A DNA stretch of 61,405 nt, counting the filler, from Basidiobolus ranarum (taxonomy: Eukaryota), in assembly GCA_040143965.1 (NCBI GenBank). It is 12 parts of 12 records of this genome, joined end to end, with 100 filler letters (N's around TTAATTAATTAA, not from the genome) between each part and the next. Parts side by side here need not be neighbours in the genome. Positions count along the whole stretch, not along the records: positions 1 to 5,042 come from JASJQH010001732.1; positions 5,143 to 10,180 come from JASJQH010001733.1; positions 10,281 to 15,318 come from JASJQH010001734.1; 9 more parts are not named here. One strand, written 5' to 3'. The notes beneath the pieces were generated by a model. That model made no database searches, was not told the origin of the DNA, and was given only the letters and a program-made list of their open reading frames with translations. Below, in pieces: positions 1 through 12,732 of the stretch; positions within the stretch are counted from its first letter, which is position 1; the number at the start of each line of letters is the position of its first letter. The translations under genes were made by a program, and so were the position numbers.

Positions 1-190
1 AAAACTTCTCCAAATCACCTCAAATTTTCACCCATGCTTAACAGGCATGTTTGTTATGATCTAAGCACGTCCAATAGTCCTATTTCATAGTAAACTATAA
101 ATAGGACATATCCAATTCAATAAACTTAAGTGTCTAATTCACAAATCCAAATCTTGTCCAAAACACTTCCAAATCCCCTAAACACTTTTA
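1..190 (-). repeat. Dispersed repeat family A (unclassified, probably TE-derived)
   Basis: Its reverse complement closely matches ~9985-10165 and ~58085-58280 (e.g. GAAAATTTGAGGTGATTTGGAGA, TTTACTATGAAATAGGAC). Confidence 0.85.
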
Positions 191-248
191 TCAATATATG
201 TCTTGTAATACACCCAAGAATGTGACGGATGCCAACTCTATCCACACA

Positions 249-318
249 TTTGCTAATTTTTACCAATGATTTGGCAAGAACTACTCCAAAGTTTCTGCTT
301 CATTGACAAGCCCTACCA
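249..318 (+). mobile_element. Ty3/gypsy pol (RT-RNase H connection) relic
   Basis: Translates FANFYQ*FGKNYSKVSASLT, matching the gypsy consensus FANFYRRFIKxYSKIAAPLT. Confidence 0.7.
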
Positions 319-339
319 ATCCATTGGTGTGGATACAGG

Positions 340-660
340 CTTGCTATACTCAATTTTGTAGCAATTTGGAATGTCTAGGATTTATCTTGACTGATTCAAT
401 ATAATTTTCTGTTTGGGTTCATCTCTGTTGATTAGGATTGTAATGGAATAAATTTATTCACCTAACACACTTATCTGAAATTGGGCTGATAAGCTGCTTA
501 TTGCCTAATTAAATGCTCAAAGCTTTTTTGTGGCTATGATCAGGTCATCCACATAAAGCACCAAGATAAGGATTCTATTTCTGATTGCTTTGATGTAATG
601 ACTGTGAAGGGCTGTGCATTTTTGGAGCTCCAGTCATTCCAAATAGTAGACTTGTTCCAT
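340..660 (-). mobile_element. Ty1/copia reverse transcriptase relic
   Basis: Minus strand reads IRNRILILVLYVDDLIIAT (YVDD catalytic motif); homologous to ~59380-59480. Confidence 0.8.
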
Positions 661-1264
661 CACACAAGGTCAGATTGTGCTGCTTGATCCAGCCTGCTAT
701 CACAGCATCTGGTGTCATCTGTCAATTACAAAGGATAGGTCCTACACCACTTAATTAGACACTAAAAGGAACAAGATGGGACTATCCCACCATAATTGGA
801 CACAACAATTTTTTGGAAATATTGTGCCAGCCAAGTCACCCAATGTAATATTGCCAATTTATGATTTTGGGTAGCTGACAATGCAAGTTTATTCCCTAGT
901 TTGTAACTTATTAATCATTGAATGTGTAACAATAGGCAATTTTACTGTAACTTACCCAATGAAATGTATAACCAAGAAAATCATATGCTTTTAGGTCAAT
1001 GATTTGTCTCTCACTCTCACAATATCCTGATCTTTAATTGGGCCCAATGGCTCCTGCATTAGGAAATACTAGTAGTTTTGGCACACCAGTGACAAATCAC
1101 AGCACTCAATGATGGATCAATCCACAGCATGATAGTAATAACTAGGATTGCTTGATTCATCACTGTTATATCAGCAAATTATCACTGAATCATATAAGCT
1201 TTTAATTGGGTAAGAATATGACCAGATTGGGCCATATTGAGCCAATATGGCTGCACAAGTTTTT

Positions 1265-1603
1265 TGTCACAATAAGGAACTGGACAAGGACTGGGAACAA
1301 CAACAAGAGGCTAGAAGGCAGGAGAGTACTTGTGTGTAGACCACAAGGCAAGACAAGACAAGACTGGACAAGGAAGATACTTTGGCAAGTGTCTTTATTG
1401 ATAACTGGCATTGATCAAAAGAGATCTGATCAAGGAATACATGGGGCTCATATAGATATTGCAAGGTGAAACATAATATACTTAATAGGGAATATACTGT
1501 GGCAAGTTCAAGAGTTGGGGTGTTGGGGGCTACAAGGACCAATACAAAGAGGGATGATGTAAGGATGATGTAAGCATGATCAGTTGACCTTCCATGGAAG
1601 GTC
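1265..1603 (-). mobile_element. LTR fragment (3' part), probably gypsy-type
   Basis: Reverse-complement homolog of 15419-15736; ends ...TTGTGACA on the minus strand and contains AATAAA. Confidence 0.7.
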
Positions 1604-1799
1604 TTGGCAGAAATACACTATGTGTGGGATGACATGATTGCTTAGGTTTCATGGAATGTTCCAAAAATCATGACTTCCATATAAGGTAATCTGAATAAAC
1701 TAACACAAGATTGCCAAGAAGAGATGGCACAGCAGATAAGATGTCCTAATCTAATAATAGAAGAGTTCTATTTGTAGTAGATTAGTATGCTGAGATCAG

Positions 1800-2016
1800 A
1801 ATCATAACAGTAAGCTTCCAATAAGGAAGGGTCAGAAGGTTCCTTTTCATCTCCAGAGACTACATCCCAAGCTCCCTGTCTTCCAGCATCATTTGCATCT
1901 TGAACTTCCAGAAATTGTAATATTCTCCATCAAGCTTTTCAACACTTGAGTTAATAAAAGTGGTGGTAGTGGTTTCTGTCATGCTGTAAAGCTTATAACA
2001 CAGTGGTCATAACCTA
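1800..2016 (-). mobile_element. Ty1/copia PBS plus gag N-terminus relic
   Basis: Minus strand has ATAGGTTATGACC (copia GGTTATG-type PBS), then ATG at 1982 giving MTETTTTTFINSSVEKLDGEYYNFWKFKMQMMLEDREL, followed by a frameshift into DVVSGDEKEP. Confidence 0.75.
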
Positions 2017-2399
2017 TTGGGAAAATAAGGGCTGTTTGGAGGAACTTTAGAAAAGTGGAGTTGTGAATAGCTTTGTGAGATAATTATTTATTGTCCAGAA
2101 ATAAAGCTTGTATACATTTCAATGGAAATACACAGAACTAAAACTGGGGTTGTGTTCAGAAAATCTGTGGTAGTAAAATGAACTACTTTTGGGGCAATTT
2201 GGACAAGTTTGAAATTTCCAATATGGAATTGCTGATACTCCCATTATTCACATATATACATAATATATGTTCCGATCTTCAGTTAAGTGATATTTGACTG
2301 AGAAATGCCAATTAACTTATATGTGATATATGAAACAGTTGGGCATATATAGATAGAGATAACAAATATGATAAGGACAATGAACTTCAATAGTTTGTG

Positions 2400-3113
2400 T
2401 GATATATGATGGTATTTTTAGGAAAGCTGCAGGACAGACTTCTTGGTCAGATAGATCCAGATATGCAGTATTATTGTTTTAGCCATAGGGTAATCTATTC
2501 AAGCAAGGACACATCTAATTGTGGCAGGACATTTAGTGACTGCAAGTTGGGGATATATTGGCTAAATTTTTAATCAAAATTTGCCAAAATCCAAGAGCTG
2601 ATTCTAATTGTGAATGGTAACAAGAGTCAGCTATTTGCTATGTGTCAGTGCTATTCAAAACTTCAGATGTTTAGCAATTTTTTCACCATTGGTTTGCTGG
2701 TAAAGCATATTAATTTTGTTGAGTTATGTCAAATCAGTCAAGTATGTGCATATGTAGAGACTAAACACAATGAGATTCTTGTATTTTTTGATTCTCATTA
2801 TTGCTGGCATACAAAGCCTAAAATATCTAAATAAAGGCATCCATATTAATTTGAATTCCTACAGCAGTAAACCCAGTAATTTGCCATTTGAGAATTTGAT
2901 TTTCTAAAAATTGATGGATACTGAATAATGCATATCAAAGATGAGGATTAATGTTTCAACATGTAAGCATACCATCAAAATACCAACAACAAACCACCAT
3001 CACACCGTCAAAATTCCTGGCATAATGCAAGCCACCAATATTGTGATGGTTCTCTGATGGTTTACTATTTTGGAGGATGGATCCAATCCGGATTAAATTG
3101 ATTTATTTTGTTT
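2400..3113 (-). repeat. Dispersed repeat family A, internal and terminal segment
   Basis: 2519-3113 is an inverted homolog of 4439-5042; 2400-2520 is an inverted homolog of ~9680-9795. Confidence 0.85.
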
Positions 3114-3114
3114 G

Positions 3115-3660
3115 GGAAAGGTATTGTGGATCTGTGATTAAATACATAAATTCTGAATCAAACTTTGATCTGAGGAGATATTCAGATGCAAATTGGGGAA
3201 GAGATATTGAAGACAGGAGATCCACAACAGGACACTTATTTCTTTCCTGCAATGGAGCTATTTTCTGTAATTCAAAGAAACAACCCACCAGAGCACTTTC
3301 AACAACAGAAGCATATTACATGGCTACTTGTGAAGCAACAAAAGAAGCAATATGGTTAAGAAAACTTTTAACAGATTTAGGTTATTCTCAAAATTCACCA
3401 ACTCCAATACTTCAAGAAAGTCAAAGTTGTATCAAATTTGATAAAAAACCCATTTGTCATAATAGAAGCAAACATATATACTTCAGCATCACTTCATCAG
3501 AGAGACTATACAGAATAAGTCTATTGACTTAACTTATTTTTCTACAAAAGACATGATTGTTGATACATTAACCAAACCATTAGCTAGACAGATATTGCAG
3601 AAATTTAAACCTTTATTAGGATTATTTTATATGACTATTTAGTTGAGGGAGAGTGTTGAA
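3115..3660 (+). mobile_element. Ty1/copia RNase H relic with PPT and start of 3' LTR
   Basis: YSDANWGRDIEDRRSTTG, SKKQPTRALSTTEAYY, RSKHI; then GAGGGAGAG PPT followed by TGTTGAA. Confidence 0.9.
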
Positions 3661-4020
3661 CCTATATAGTCATATATAGCTTAGTACTTAGTTATCCTAT
3701 AATTGTTTAAGGATCTTGACATAATGGGGGTAGACTTTGAGTATTAGAAGCAACTTATGATAGTGTGTTTTAGTTACTTTGTTCTTAAGAGTATATGGTG
3801 GCTTAAATAGTAGAAAAGTAAATCAATTCTTTGAGATATTCAGGAGTTTGTGTAATAAGATATAATAGATAAGTGGGGGTAATAAGACATACTTGTCTTA
3901 TAGATATAGAGATATTCCTATTTAGAATATAGGGGCTAAAGATATGTTGCTTTCTGTTTCTGTTATATGTATCATAACTACAGTTAACTAAGATGTTGAA
4001 TAAAGATTAATTATCCAACA

Positions 4021-4438
4021 CCTTCCCCGAATTCTTATTCAGCATTGTGATTATATTCACTAATGCATATTGCTTCTCTTAACTTCTCAAAGCTTGAAGC
4101 TTTTAGTAGTTTTGCTCGTATATCTGCAAGCATGATTGCAGTATTTCAATAGGTTAAGTTCGCTTCTCCGTCTTGAACTTTCTCTTGTGCAAAATGATGT
4201 CTTATGTCAATATGTTTCATCCTTGAGTGATGCTCTGGATATTTGGTAATCTGAATACAACCAATAGTTACATGAAAGATTGGGATGGGATTAACTTGAA
4301 CATATCCTAGTTCCTTAAGAAGACTTGTTAGCCATATAGCTTTGTGAACATCCATAGAGCTTACCATATATTCTGCTTCTGTAGTTGATAATGCAACAGT
4401 TTGTTGTTTCTTGCTAATCCAGCTTCTTGGTACACCAG
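4021..4438 (-). mobile_element. Ty1/copia RNase H relic with PPT
   Basis: SWISKKQQTVALSTTEAEY, HSRMKHIDIRHHF; minus strand GGGGAAGG then TGTTGG marks an LTR start at 4020. Confidence 0.9.
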
Positions 4439-5042
4439 CCCCTAACAAAAATAAAATCAATTTGATCCAGATCTGATCCTCCCTCCAAAATATCAAAACC
4501 ATCAGAGAACCGTCACAATATTGTTGCCTTGCATTCTGCCAGGGATTTTGATGATGTGATGGTGGCTTCTTGATGATAACTTATTGGTATTCATATATGT
4601 TAAAATATTGATCCTCAAATTTGGCATGCCTTATTCAATATCCAACAATTTTTGCAAAAATACAATTTTAGAATGGCAAATTACTGGGTTTGTTGCTGTA
4701 GGAAATTGAATTAATATTCATGCCTTTATTTAGATATTTTAGGCTTTGTATTCCAGACATAATGAGAATCAAAAAATACAAGAATCTTGCTATGTTTAGT
4801 CTCTACATGTGCACATATTTGACTGATTAGACATAACTCAACAACATCAATATTCTTTACCAGCAAACTAATGGTGGAACAATTGCTAAACATCTGAAAT
4901 TTTGAACAGCACTGACACTTGGCAAATAGTGGACTCTTGTTACCATTCACAATGAGAATAAGCTCTTGGATTTTGGCATTTTTCCATAAAAAATTCAGCC
5001 AATATATCCCTGACTTGAAGTCAACAAATGTCCTGCCACAAG
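4439..5042 (+). repeat. Dispersed repeat family A
   Basis: Inverted homolog of 2519-3113; the shadow ORFs 2610..2834 and 4726..4950 are near-identical. Confidence 0.85.
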
Positions 5043-5142
5043 NNNNNNNNNNNNNNNNNNNNNNNNNNNNNNNNNNNNNNNNNNNNTTAATTAATTAANN
5101 NNNNNNNNNNNNNNNNNNNNNNNNNNNNNNNNNNNNNNNNNN
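5043..5142. other. Artificial contig spacer (first of 11; others at 10181-10280, 15319-15418, 20452-20551, 25583-25682, 30710-30809, 35833-35932, 40950-41049, 46066-46165, 51181-51280, 56296-56395)
   Basis: Each is exactly 100 nt: N-run, TTAATTAATTAA (stops in all six frames), N-run. Confidence 0.98.
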
Positions 5143-5689
5143 CAAAGGAACAACAACAAGTGCAAGGATTCTTTCTAAACGACAATGGACTTATATAGTG
5201 AAGAAAGGTGTCACACCACCTGTACAAGAGCAATCAGCAAGATTACTGGATCTGCACCTTATATGGTAATAAAAACTTAATTCCTACCATACCACTAATT
5301 AAGCACATCCGCTTAGTGAAAACAACCCAATATACAGTGTTTAGAATACACGATCAATGCAGAACTGGACTCCTCTTTTCCGGCTCAGAAGCTGGCATAG
5401 CCATCACAACCCAGCCAATTGGTTGATACTCAGTCGGGTAGGGCATGGGCATAGGCATAGGCATTGGTATTGGCTATCCACGGTTCGCAAATGGGAACAA
5501 TACAAACGAGTGTAATTATCTTATTTCCTTGTAAAGTGAAACGGATTCACTTGACTAATACTGAGAGACTGTGAAATGGGGGGGTTTGGTCAATCTTAAG
5601 AATGAGTCACTAGTTAATTTCCTGTTCGTTCAGATGAAACAGCAATGATTTGATCAGGTATTTGGGCATCTACGCTACAAACATCCCCA

Positions 5690-6575
5690 AGTTCACTTGA
5701 CTGATCTCTGTGAAGGCGACTTTCATAGTGTCAACTCAATCAGTTGGGATAAGAGGTAGTTTTGACTACAGTGGGGGGCAATGGGAGATCTAATAATGTC
5801 TCGACTCTCTCCCATCCGAAACAGGCTTTTGGCACTACTTTGAAGAAATCAGGTGAGGAACACGACAGTTACACCATGTTCGGACAGACTTCCATTATTC
5901 CCAAAATCTACTAGGTAGTAAGCCACGAAAAGTACAGGGATGCAAGTATTACTGTGAAACCTTCCAACACAACTCCTTCGAAGTATAGAAACGATTTCCG
6001 ACCATGAAGAGCGGATAGTTCCGAATATAGGTCTTTTTAGAGATACAACGCAATAAACCTACGATGCCATCTCTGCGGCTCGCCAACTGATCTGAATACT
6101 CATTCCAAAATAACTCTTTTTCGAAAATATAAATTACTTGCAAACCGAGTTGGATCTTGTTCGCATTGCACATCCATTCCTACAAGGAGACGGGAAAACC
6201 CTTAGTAAACTACACATGCTGACGATTAGACAATGTACAATAAGCTCCACACGCGAAGTAAATATTGTCTTTCTCAGTTTGTTTGCCCAACTCTCATAAA
6301 TGTCTCATCGAACTTTGCCTATACTCTTTTATCATTGTCCCTCACGAGCCCGGGTATCCCATAGTATCAGTGGCCACCAATAAATCATTTAGGGAGTAGA
6401 TTTTTTGATCCAGGAGTTCTGGCTCTATGGAAGGCGAATGAGCGAAGAAATTGATCACATGGTGATAAGCCTGATTCGCTGGAAGACTTTGTATCTCTAG
6501 AGTTGAAAAGGGACTTATTATCGGCAGAAGGGGAATCTCAAACCTCTTGTGCATGTACGTAACACAGCCTGGCAT
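5690..6575 (-). pseudogene. Possible decayed intron-containing gene, product unknown
   Basis: Exon-like open stretches with plausible AG/GT boundaries (e.g. CTCCTTGTAG|GAATGGATG) but internal stops and no recognisable motif. Confidence 0.25.
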
Positions 6576-7190
6576 ATCCGTGTCAGACCTAGCTACAGTA
6601 TTCGGCAGTATTAAGTATATATTTGGTATTTATTTCCAATGACATATCAGATTTGGTTATTCGTATCATAGGACAAATGAAGTGGGAAAACGAATCGGAA
6701 ATCCTTGTTTCTTCAATCTCTAGTTAAAAACTAGATTTGTTTAAGGATTGAACATATTTAATTCAAATCTTAAACACCTGTATCTTCCGAGTTTCCATAG
6801 CTTGAACACAATACATGAAAGCAGGCAAAAGTATGAAGTTACTCCTCAAATTGTGAGTTTATGGCAAATGAGATAAAAATATGGTGCTAGGAAAGTTTAG
6901 TTAATAAGCTCGCCCTCGTAACTGAAAGGCAATCTCAAAGTGTGTGATTTAACTATAGCTGATTCAATTGGTATGCCTATGTGCTACTCTTAAAAATATT
7001 CCACAAAGAGGCACAACCAAACTTAGTACTTTAGCAACTCCTATGGCTATCGAGTCTGAAGAATGAGTATTCAGTAATTGTTCACATAAAATTAAATATA
7101 CTTGAATTATGGATAGTGACTTTATTTTGAACGTCAACTAGAGGCTTAATACTCAAAATACACACTAAATGCTACTCAGGCTATGGTCAG

Positions 7191-7490
7191 GTTGAAAATG
7201 ACATAGCTTAAGTATCTATATAGTCATATAGCTAGCCACCTAAATTTCACTATGCTTTTATTCAATATCTTTATGAGGAATGTATATATTGATCAACTTG
7301 GAAGTTTGAAGATTATATGATTTTCTCCAACTCGTCCAAAAGACCTCAAGCTTTATATTCTACACGTTAGTTTATCTACTTCTTGACAAGAGTATAAATG
7401 TCAACTTGCATAAAATAAATCAGTAAGTGAAAGTCACAAAATTCCTTTAGCTCTCCAAATCACTTCCACAACTCCCAAAATACTTCAACG
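7191..7490 (+). mobile_element. Solo LTR of a copia family
   Basis: Homologous to the 3' LTR at ~16117-16458 (TCTTGACAA..TATAAATGTCAAC..AATAAA..TAAGTGA..CACTTCCA..AATACTT). Confidence 0.65.
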
Positions 7491-9679
7491 GGTCATACTT
7501 ATAATATATATCACTATACCAACTGAAACTCTTTACAATATAGCAAGGTTTATTTACTTCCACTCTTGAGTTAACTTATACATGTCTAAATCTAACTGTA
7601 GATATAAAGGACTATTGTACAATGTAGTTAGTATATCACTGAGAAGAATGTATCCATGTTGAAGCACATCTCTTGCACTGTATTCCCTGTGTAATGAAGA
7701 AGGTTATAAAACCGCACTTCCGCATTACCATTAGCAAAAAATAGGTTGTTGCTATTCTAAAAAGCTGATATTCTGTCAAGTGTAAATTTGGCACTAAGTG
7801 ACATTAAAAGAGTTATTTGAAGGGCAGGGCAATTTGTAGAATGCACGGACACCAACACCTCACCAGGAACGTGTTTTCACGTGAATCTTCTACAATAGGG
7901 ATAATATTAGCCAAAAGAGTATTTTTGGGATATCAAACTGGTGTTCAACATCTGATTCGCTTCACGGCAATCGGAATTGTAACATCATTTAGCAAGAATA
8001 TTCTGAATAAAGCCATTCGCTATCTGAGAATCATTTGATGTAGACTGGGCTCGATTTCTAGGTCGACTTTGAGGACATCCTGATGTAATATTGTAAGACC
8101 AACCTGTTGGCAACATTCTCGACTCTGTATTCTATCTGTTAAAGAGTAAAAGTACCCGGGATCCCTCATACAAACTCGCTATCAATCATCAAGAATGGGT
8201 ACTGCCTTTAGTCGCTCTGCAGTTCCGAGATGGTGCAGGATTCACGCCCCAGCAGTCTTTGTAGGGGCCCAACTTGAACTAGTCACTCTAAACGAACTCG
8301 CTGGGTATGACCAACGCAGTCTTCAGATGATGGCAGAGATTACATCCATATTAGTCTAGCAACTTGTTTTCGCCTTTTCATCTTTCAGCTATACTTACAC
8401 CTAGTGGCGGTCCACTTTCAATAATTGAGGCGATGTCCTGTTAATGATCTGATCTGTTTAGATGTAAGATTGCAAATAAGATTAGGGGGAGCTTCCAAGT
8501 ACTGTTGAAGTTACTTGCCTATAGAGTTGGATTGGCATGTGATATTACAGACCGATCAGCATATCAAATACCTCATTTGAGCGTCAAAGGGTGGGAATTG
8601 ATGCATGGTGATTGGCCTGTTCAGTCATTATCGCATGAATGGCACAATTAAAAATCGTGGACAATTCAAGGTATATTAAAGAATTCATTCACTGTGGGTT
8701 CCGCATCCAGGTTGTTGAAATAACTACCAGATTAGCCTTGTGGGTAACCTGATCTTTAAGATCCTCACCGGATGTTGGGGAGGTTTCGATGGTATCTAAT
8801 GGAGAGCATGAGCGTGCTAACACTTTGCTGTAAAGCTCTCACCGTTTTAATCTAATCTTAGAATGGTTTTGGCCAATGATTGCTCCTGTGAACCGATACC
8901 TAAAGAGGTCTACCAAATTGCTTGGTATATTTTCACCGACCATTCTAATGAGGCAATGGGCTATTGTCCTTGGTTATCTTGCTGTACACAATAGAGCGTA
9001 AGATTCTCCAAAGAATCCTCAGTATGTAGCCTCTTCACACACTGTGGCCCTGGTTAGTCTAGGAAACCGAAACTGTGAGTTACAAATAAACCTATGGGAA
9101 TCACTATCTCCGTGAAGGGAACAATACTGAGATTTGCATGTGCATTACGCACAAGGGGTTTCTGATTCTGTGCCATTACATGTTTTGTATATTTTTCGAC
9201 TCCATTTTCATATGATTATGAATGCCTGAGTAAGAACCATCCTGAAAAGTAGTAAATATCTTAGGTACAGTCAGGAAGTGGCTTATAGGATTGTGTGCTT
9301 GCATAAAAACTCTATTTGAGCTCATACTCACTCCTGAGACATTAGCTCACACCTCTAGCAATCAATCTCCTGAGCATTATACTATCTGTCTTATCTACAG
9401 CTCCGATCTTCCTTTGAGCCTCTTCCCCTCCTCTTCGTTCCACCGAGTGAATGAGTGCGAATTGGCGCAACTCGATAGTTTTAGACAGTCCCAATATCAA
9501 ACCTTGATGATTATCATCCGCTTGGGATTGATTTCCCAGTTGATTTTCAAAGGTTCCGATCTCAAGTACAAAGAATACAAATTGTCTAGCAAATAGGCAG
9601 GTTGGCACTCGGAATTGCCTCTTACTTCATTGCCAACAGAAACGCCAATGATCAAGAGATATCCCATACATGCAGGGCC

Positions 9680-10180
9680 TCAAGTAGATATGTCATTGCT
9701 TGAATAAACTACCCCATGGCTAAAACAATAATACTTTGTATCTTGATCTTTCTACTAAGAAGTCTGCATTGCAGCTTTCCTTGAAATACCATCAGAGTAT
9801 CATGCAAACAAAATAGTCACAATTACAGAGGTAATTACTCTGTGTGCATGGATTGGGTTTTGTTGCTACTGTTGTGTTCAAACAATGTAAAAACTCATGG
9901 GCACATTGAAAAGAGCCCTGTGTTTGAAGGTCAATATAGTTTGGAGGCTCCTTAAACCATTGCATTACATCTCTCCCTGATTTTTGATAGAAGTGTTTAG
10001 GACAAGATTTTGATTTGTGAATTAGACACTTGAGTTTTAATGAATTAAATATGTAGTATTTATATTTTACTATGAAATAGGACAATTGGACATGCTAGAT
10101 TATAGCAAACATGCCTGTTAAGCATGGGTGAAAATTTGAGGTGATTTGGAGAGGTTTTGAGAAAATAGTGAAAATTGATA
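9680..10180 (+). repeat. Dispersed repeat family A
   Basis: Links the 2400-2520 segment and the 1-190/58085-58300 segment in a single copy. Confidence 0.8.
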
Positions 10181-10280
10181 NNNNNNNNNNNNNNNNNNNN
10201 NNNNNNNNNNNNNNNNNNNNNNNNTTAATTAATTAANNNNNNNNNNNNNNNNNNNNNNNNNNNNNNNNNNNNNNNNNNNN

Positions 10281-10778
10281 GAATCCAACCTCTTCAACAA
10301 ACGAAAATACTATCAAATCTCTGATGAACTCGACGAAAGTTGGCAGCTCTGGAAGGATTTGGAGACCACGCAGACGAAACAAAGGATACGTCGCTATTGC
10401 GAATGGGATGTTTACGAAGAGTTGATTTGATATGACATTCCTGGCCGCCTTATAGTACCACTCTTTAGTAGGTTGCTTTTCTGCTTGAACTTTGTACTTC
10501 CAGAATGAGGATGGGAACTGATACAAATCAAGAACGCCTAACAATAAAACATAAGCCCAGTATATTACGGTGGTAAGAATAAAGGAGAGCCAGATGAACA
10601 TCGACTTGTCACTAAAATTAACACACAGATAGCTCCATATTTCGGTTCCTTTCCATTGTAGCATAATCCATATCGAAGAAAAGTACAAAATATAGAATAG
10701 GCTATCCCTCAATCCATAAGCGACAGGGTTCAAGAAAAGAACAGTCGAGGATATTGGCAATTCCTTGTTTTTAGTCAT
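10281..10778 (-). CDS. Fatty acid hydroxylase/sterol desaturase family protein (FAXDC2-like), 5' part, cut by contig end
   Basis: ATG at 10778; DLYQFPSSFWKYKVQ, NQLFVNIPF, LPELPTFVEFIRDLIVFSFVEEVGF lie just upstream of where the first His box is expected. Confidence 0.8.
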
Positions 10779-12732
10779 TTCTCTGCAAGCACAACAAATA
10801 GAATACTGGAGAAATGCAACAAACACAACTGTTAAGCTCAAGAAGTAGTTAGAAAATTCAACGGGGTTATGAATTCACGCTAAATGAGTAGATGTAGGAT
10901 ATAATACATAGACGAGATATTATGATGAGCAACTCTGCAATATTTATATGGCTTGGCCAATTGTTGATGGCTTTCACGGCAGATCATTGATCAATAAAGA
11001 AACCCCTTCAGCCCTGTAAACAAATGAAATTACTTGGATAGTTTAAAGAAAACTTTTGTTGAATACGCTTGTATATTCCAACGGTGTATAACTACTACAC
11101 CATTCAAATCCTGATGGGTAAGCTATGATGGGAAAATGAAACTCACTAGTTGAGAATCACGTGTCAATCTTCACACGTCCAAATAGCCACTCACCTGACG
11201 AACCCAATGCAACCAACAATTCTTACCAGACTCAGTCAAGAAACCCAGAACTGTGTGCTGAGCAAACCACCTTTTGAATTGTTTGGTATTTTTCATTCAT
11301 ATTTTGTAACAATTACCAAACTCTGTCTCACCATACGACACTAAAGTTAAACGATAGTCAGACGCTATCCCTTTTCCCCAATCTGAGTTTGAGTGAAACC
11401 AAAAGGAGTTTATTCTTAGTCAACAACGATCCTTCATTAAAATTTGCAAGTATATACATAAATAATCTCTGGATTTCTCACTGAACCAAATATCTACATC
11501 AGGGCAAAGAAAGCAAGTTATGTGGATCCATCGCCTAAACTTTCAGCCAATCCATCCACACTTCACAAGGCGCTATTTGCCTTCTTCAGCTTCGTCAGGC
11601 CCCTCATACCTAAAATAATGGACATTAAAACGCTTGGTCACACTTGAGAATTTATATGTAATATGCTTTTGTATCAATTACCGAAATTTATTTCATCAGG
11701 CAAAAGCTTCGCAGCAATTGTACAATTTGTGGCTCTTTCTTTGAATACCTAATGATCGACAAGTCCTACTGATATTTGAAGATTCTGAAATATGTCCTTG
11801 TATGTTTACAAACCAAATCAACAATGCACTTCTAGTCAAAGAAGCATAAGCATCAGATAAAACCACTTGAGTTACTAACAATGGTGACCATGGTTTACAT
11901 AATTACAACTCTATATAGATCCATCTCTTTGCTAGTCTCTTCCTAAATCATACACCTTGTACCAACTTATGGAGCCCTGTCATGACACACCACTGGTCTT
12001 CTATTCAGATGGATGTTCATATATTTGGAATCCACACAATAAAAAGCCTCAGATAAATTAAGGAAAGCATATCTCATAGAATGTAAATATGCCTAGTCCT
12101 TAGTACTATTCAATTCTGCATTCTCCAAGAAGAATCCTACTTCCTATTGTAATGGTGCCAGGGCATTGTATCAGAAGGATTTATCTAAAGCTGCGTATTC
12201 CCCGCTTAAACGTCCCTCACTCTCAATTAAATGGAGCATCAATTGATGGTTATTTATTTCTGGTTCTAGTTCACATGTAGAATGTTTTGAACCTACATCT
12301 CCGTTGATCTCTGAAAATCATACATGCGGTTTTGTGTCATCATATCGGCACAATCCCCCCCCCCAGGTAACCCTGGAAAACATTGTTTTGGTCCCCTTTA
12401 TGCGATTCTATAACTCTAGTATAGTGTAGTGGGCTAACCACAGACTCGATACTATTTGAAGTGGTTTGTTGTATGTATTGTGGCCATTGTTATAATGGAG
12501 ATCGAAACAACGGTAGAATGTAGTATCTATATAGTTTCTAGGTTAATGAAAGAACGAACTGAATATCATTGGATATAAATATGGATATAGTGATGACTAC
12601 TATTTGGGTTGAATTTAGAATGCGCAGTTGAGCCAATTTAGATGTCACTACATTCCTAAAATATCCAAGTTACCAGATTTAATCAACACCTCAAGCATCC
12701 TTACAACATCATTCTTTTCTTTTCTAGTTACG

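Noticed and set aside
1202-1542. ORFs 1202-1542 and 15499-15884 as a repeated small gene
   Set aside because: They are translations of LTR sequence, and the 15657 ORF is an LTR/copia RNase H junction chimera.
7560-9610. Exon-like fragments in contig 2 (similar ones at ~17070-17700, ~23880-24320 and ~38480-39400)
   Set aside because: Stops in all frames and no recognisable family; possibly old pseudogenes but not supportable by eye.
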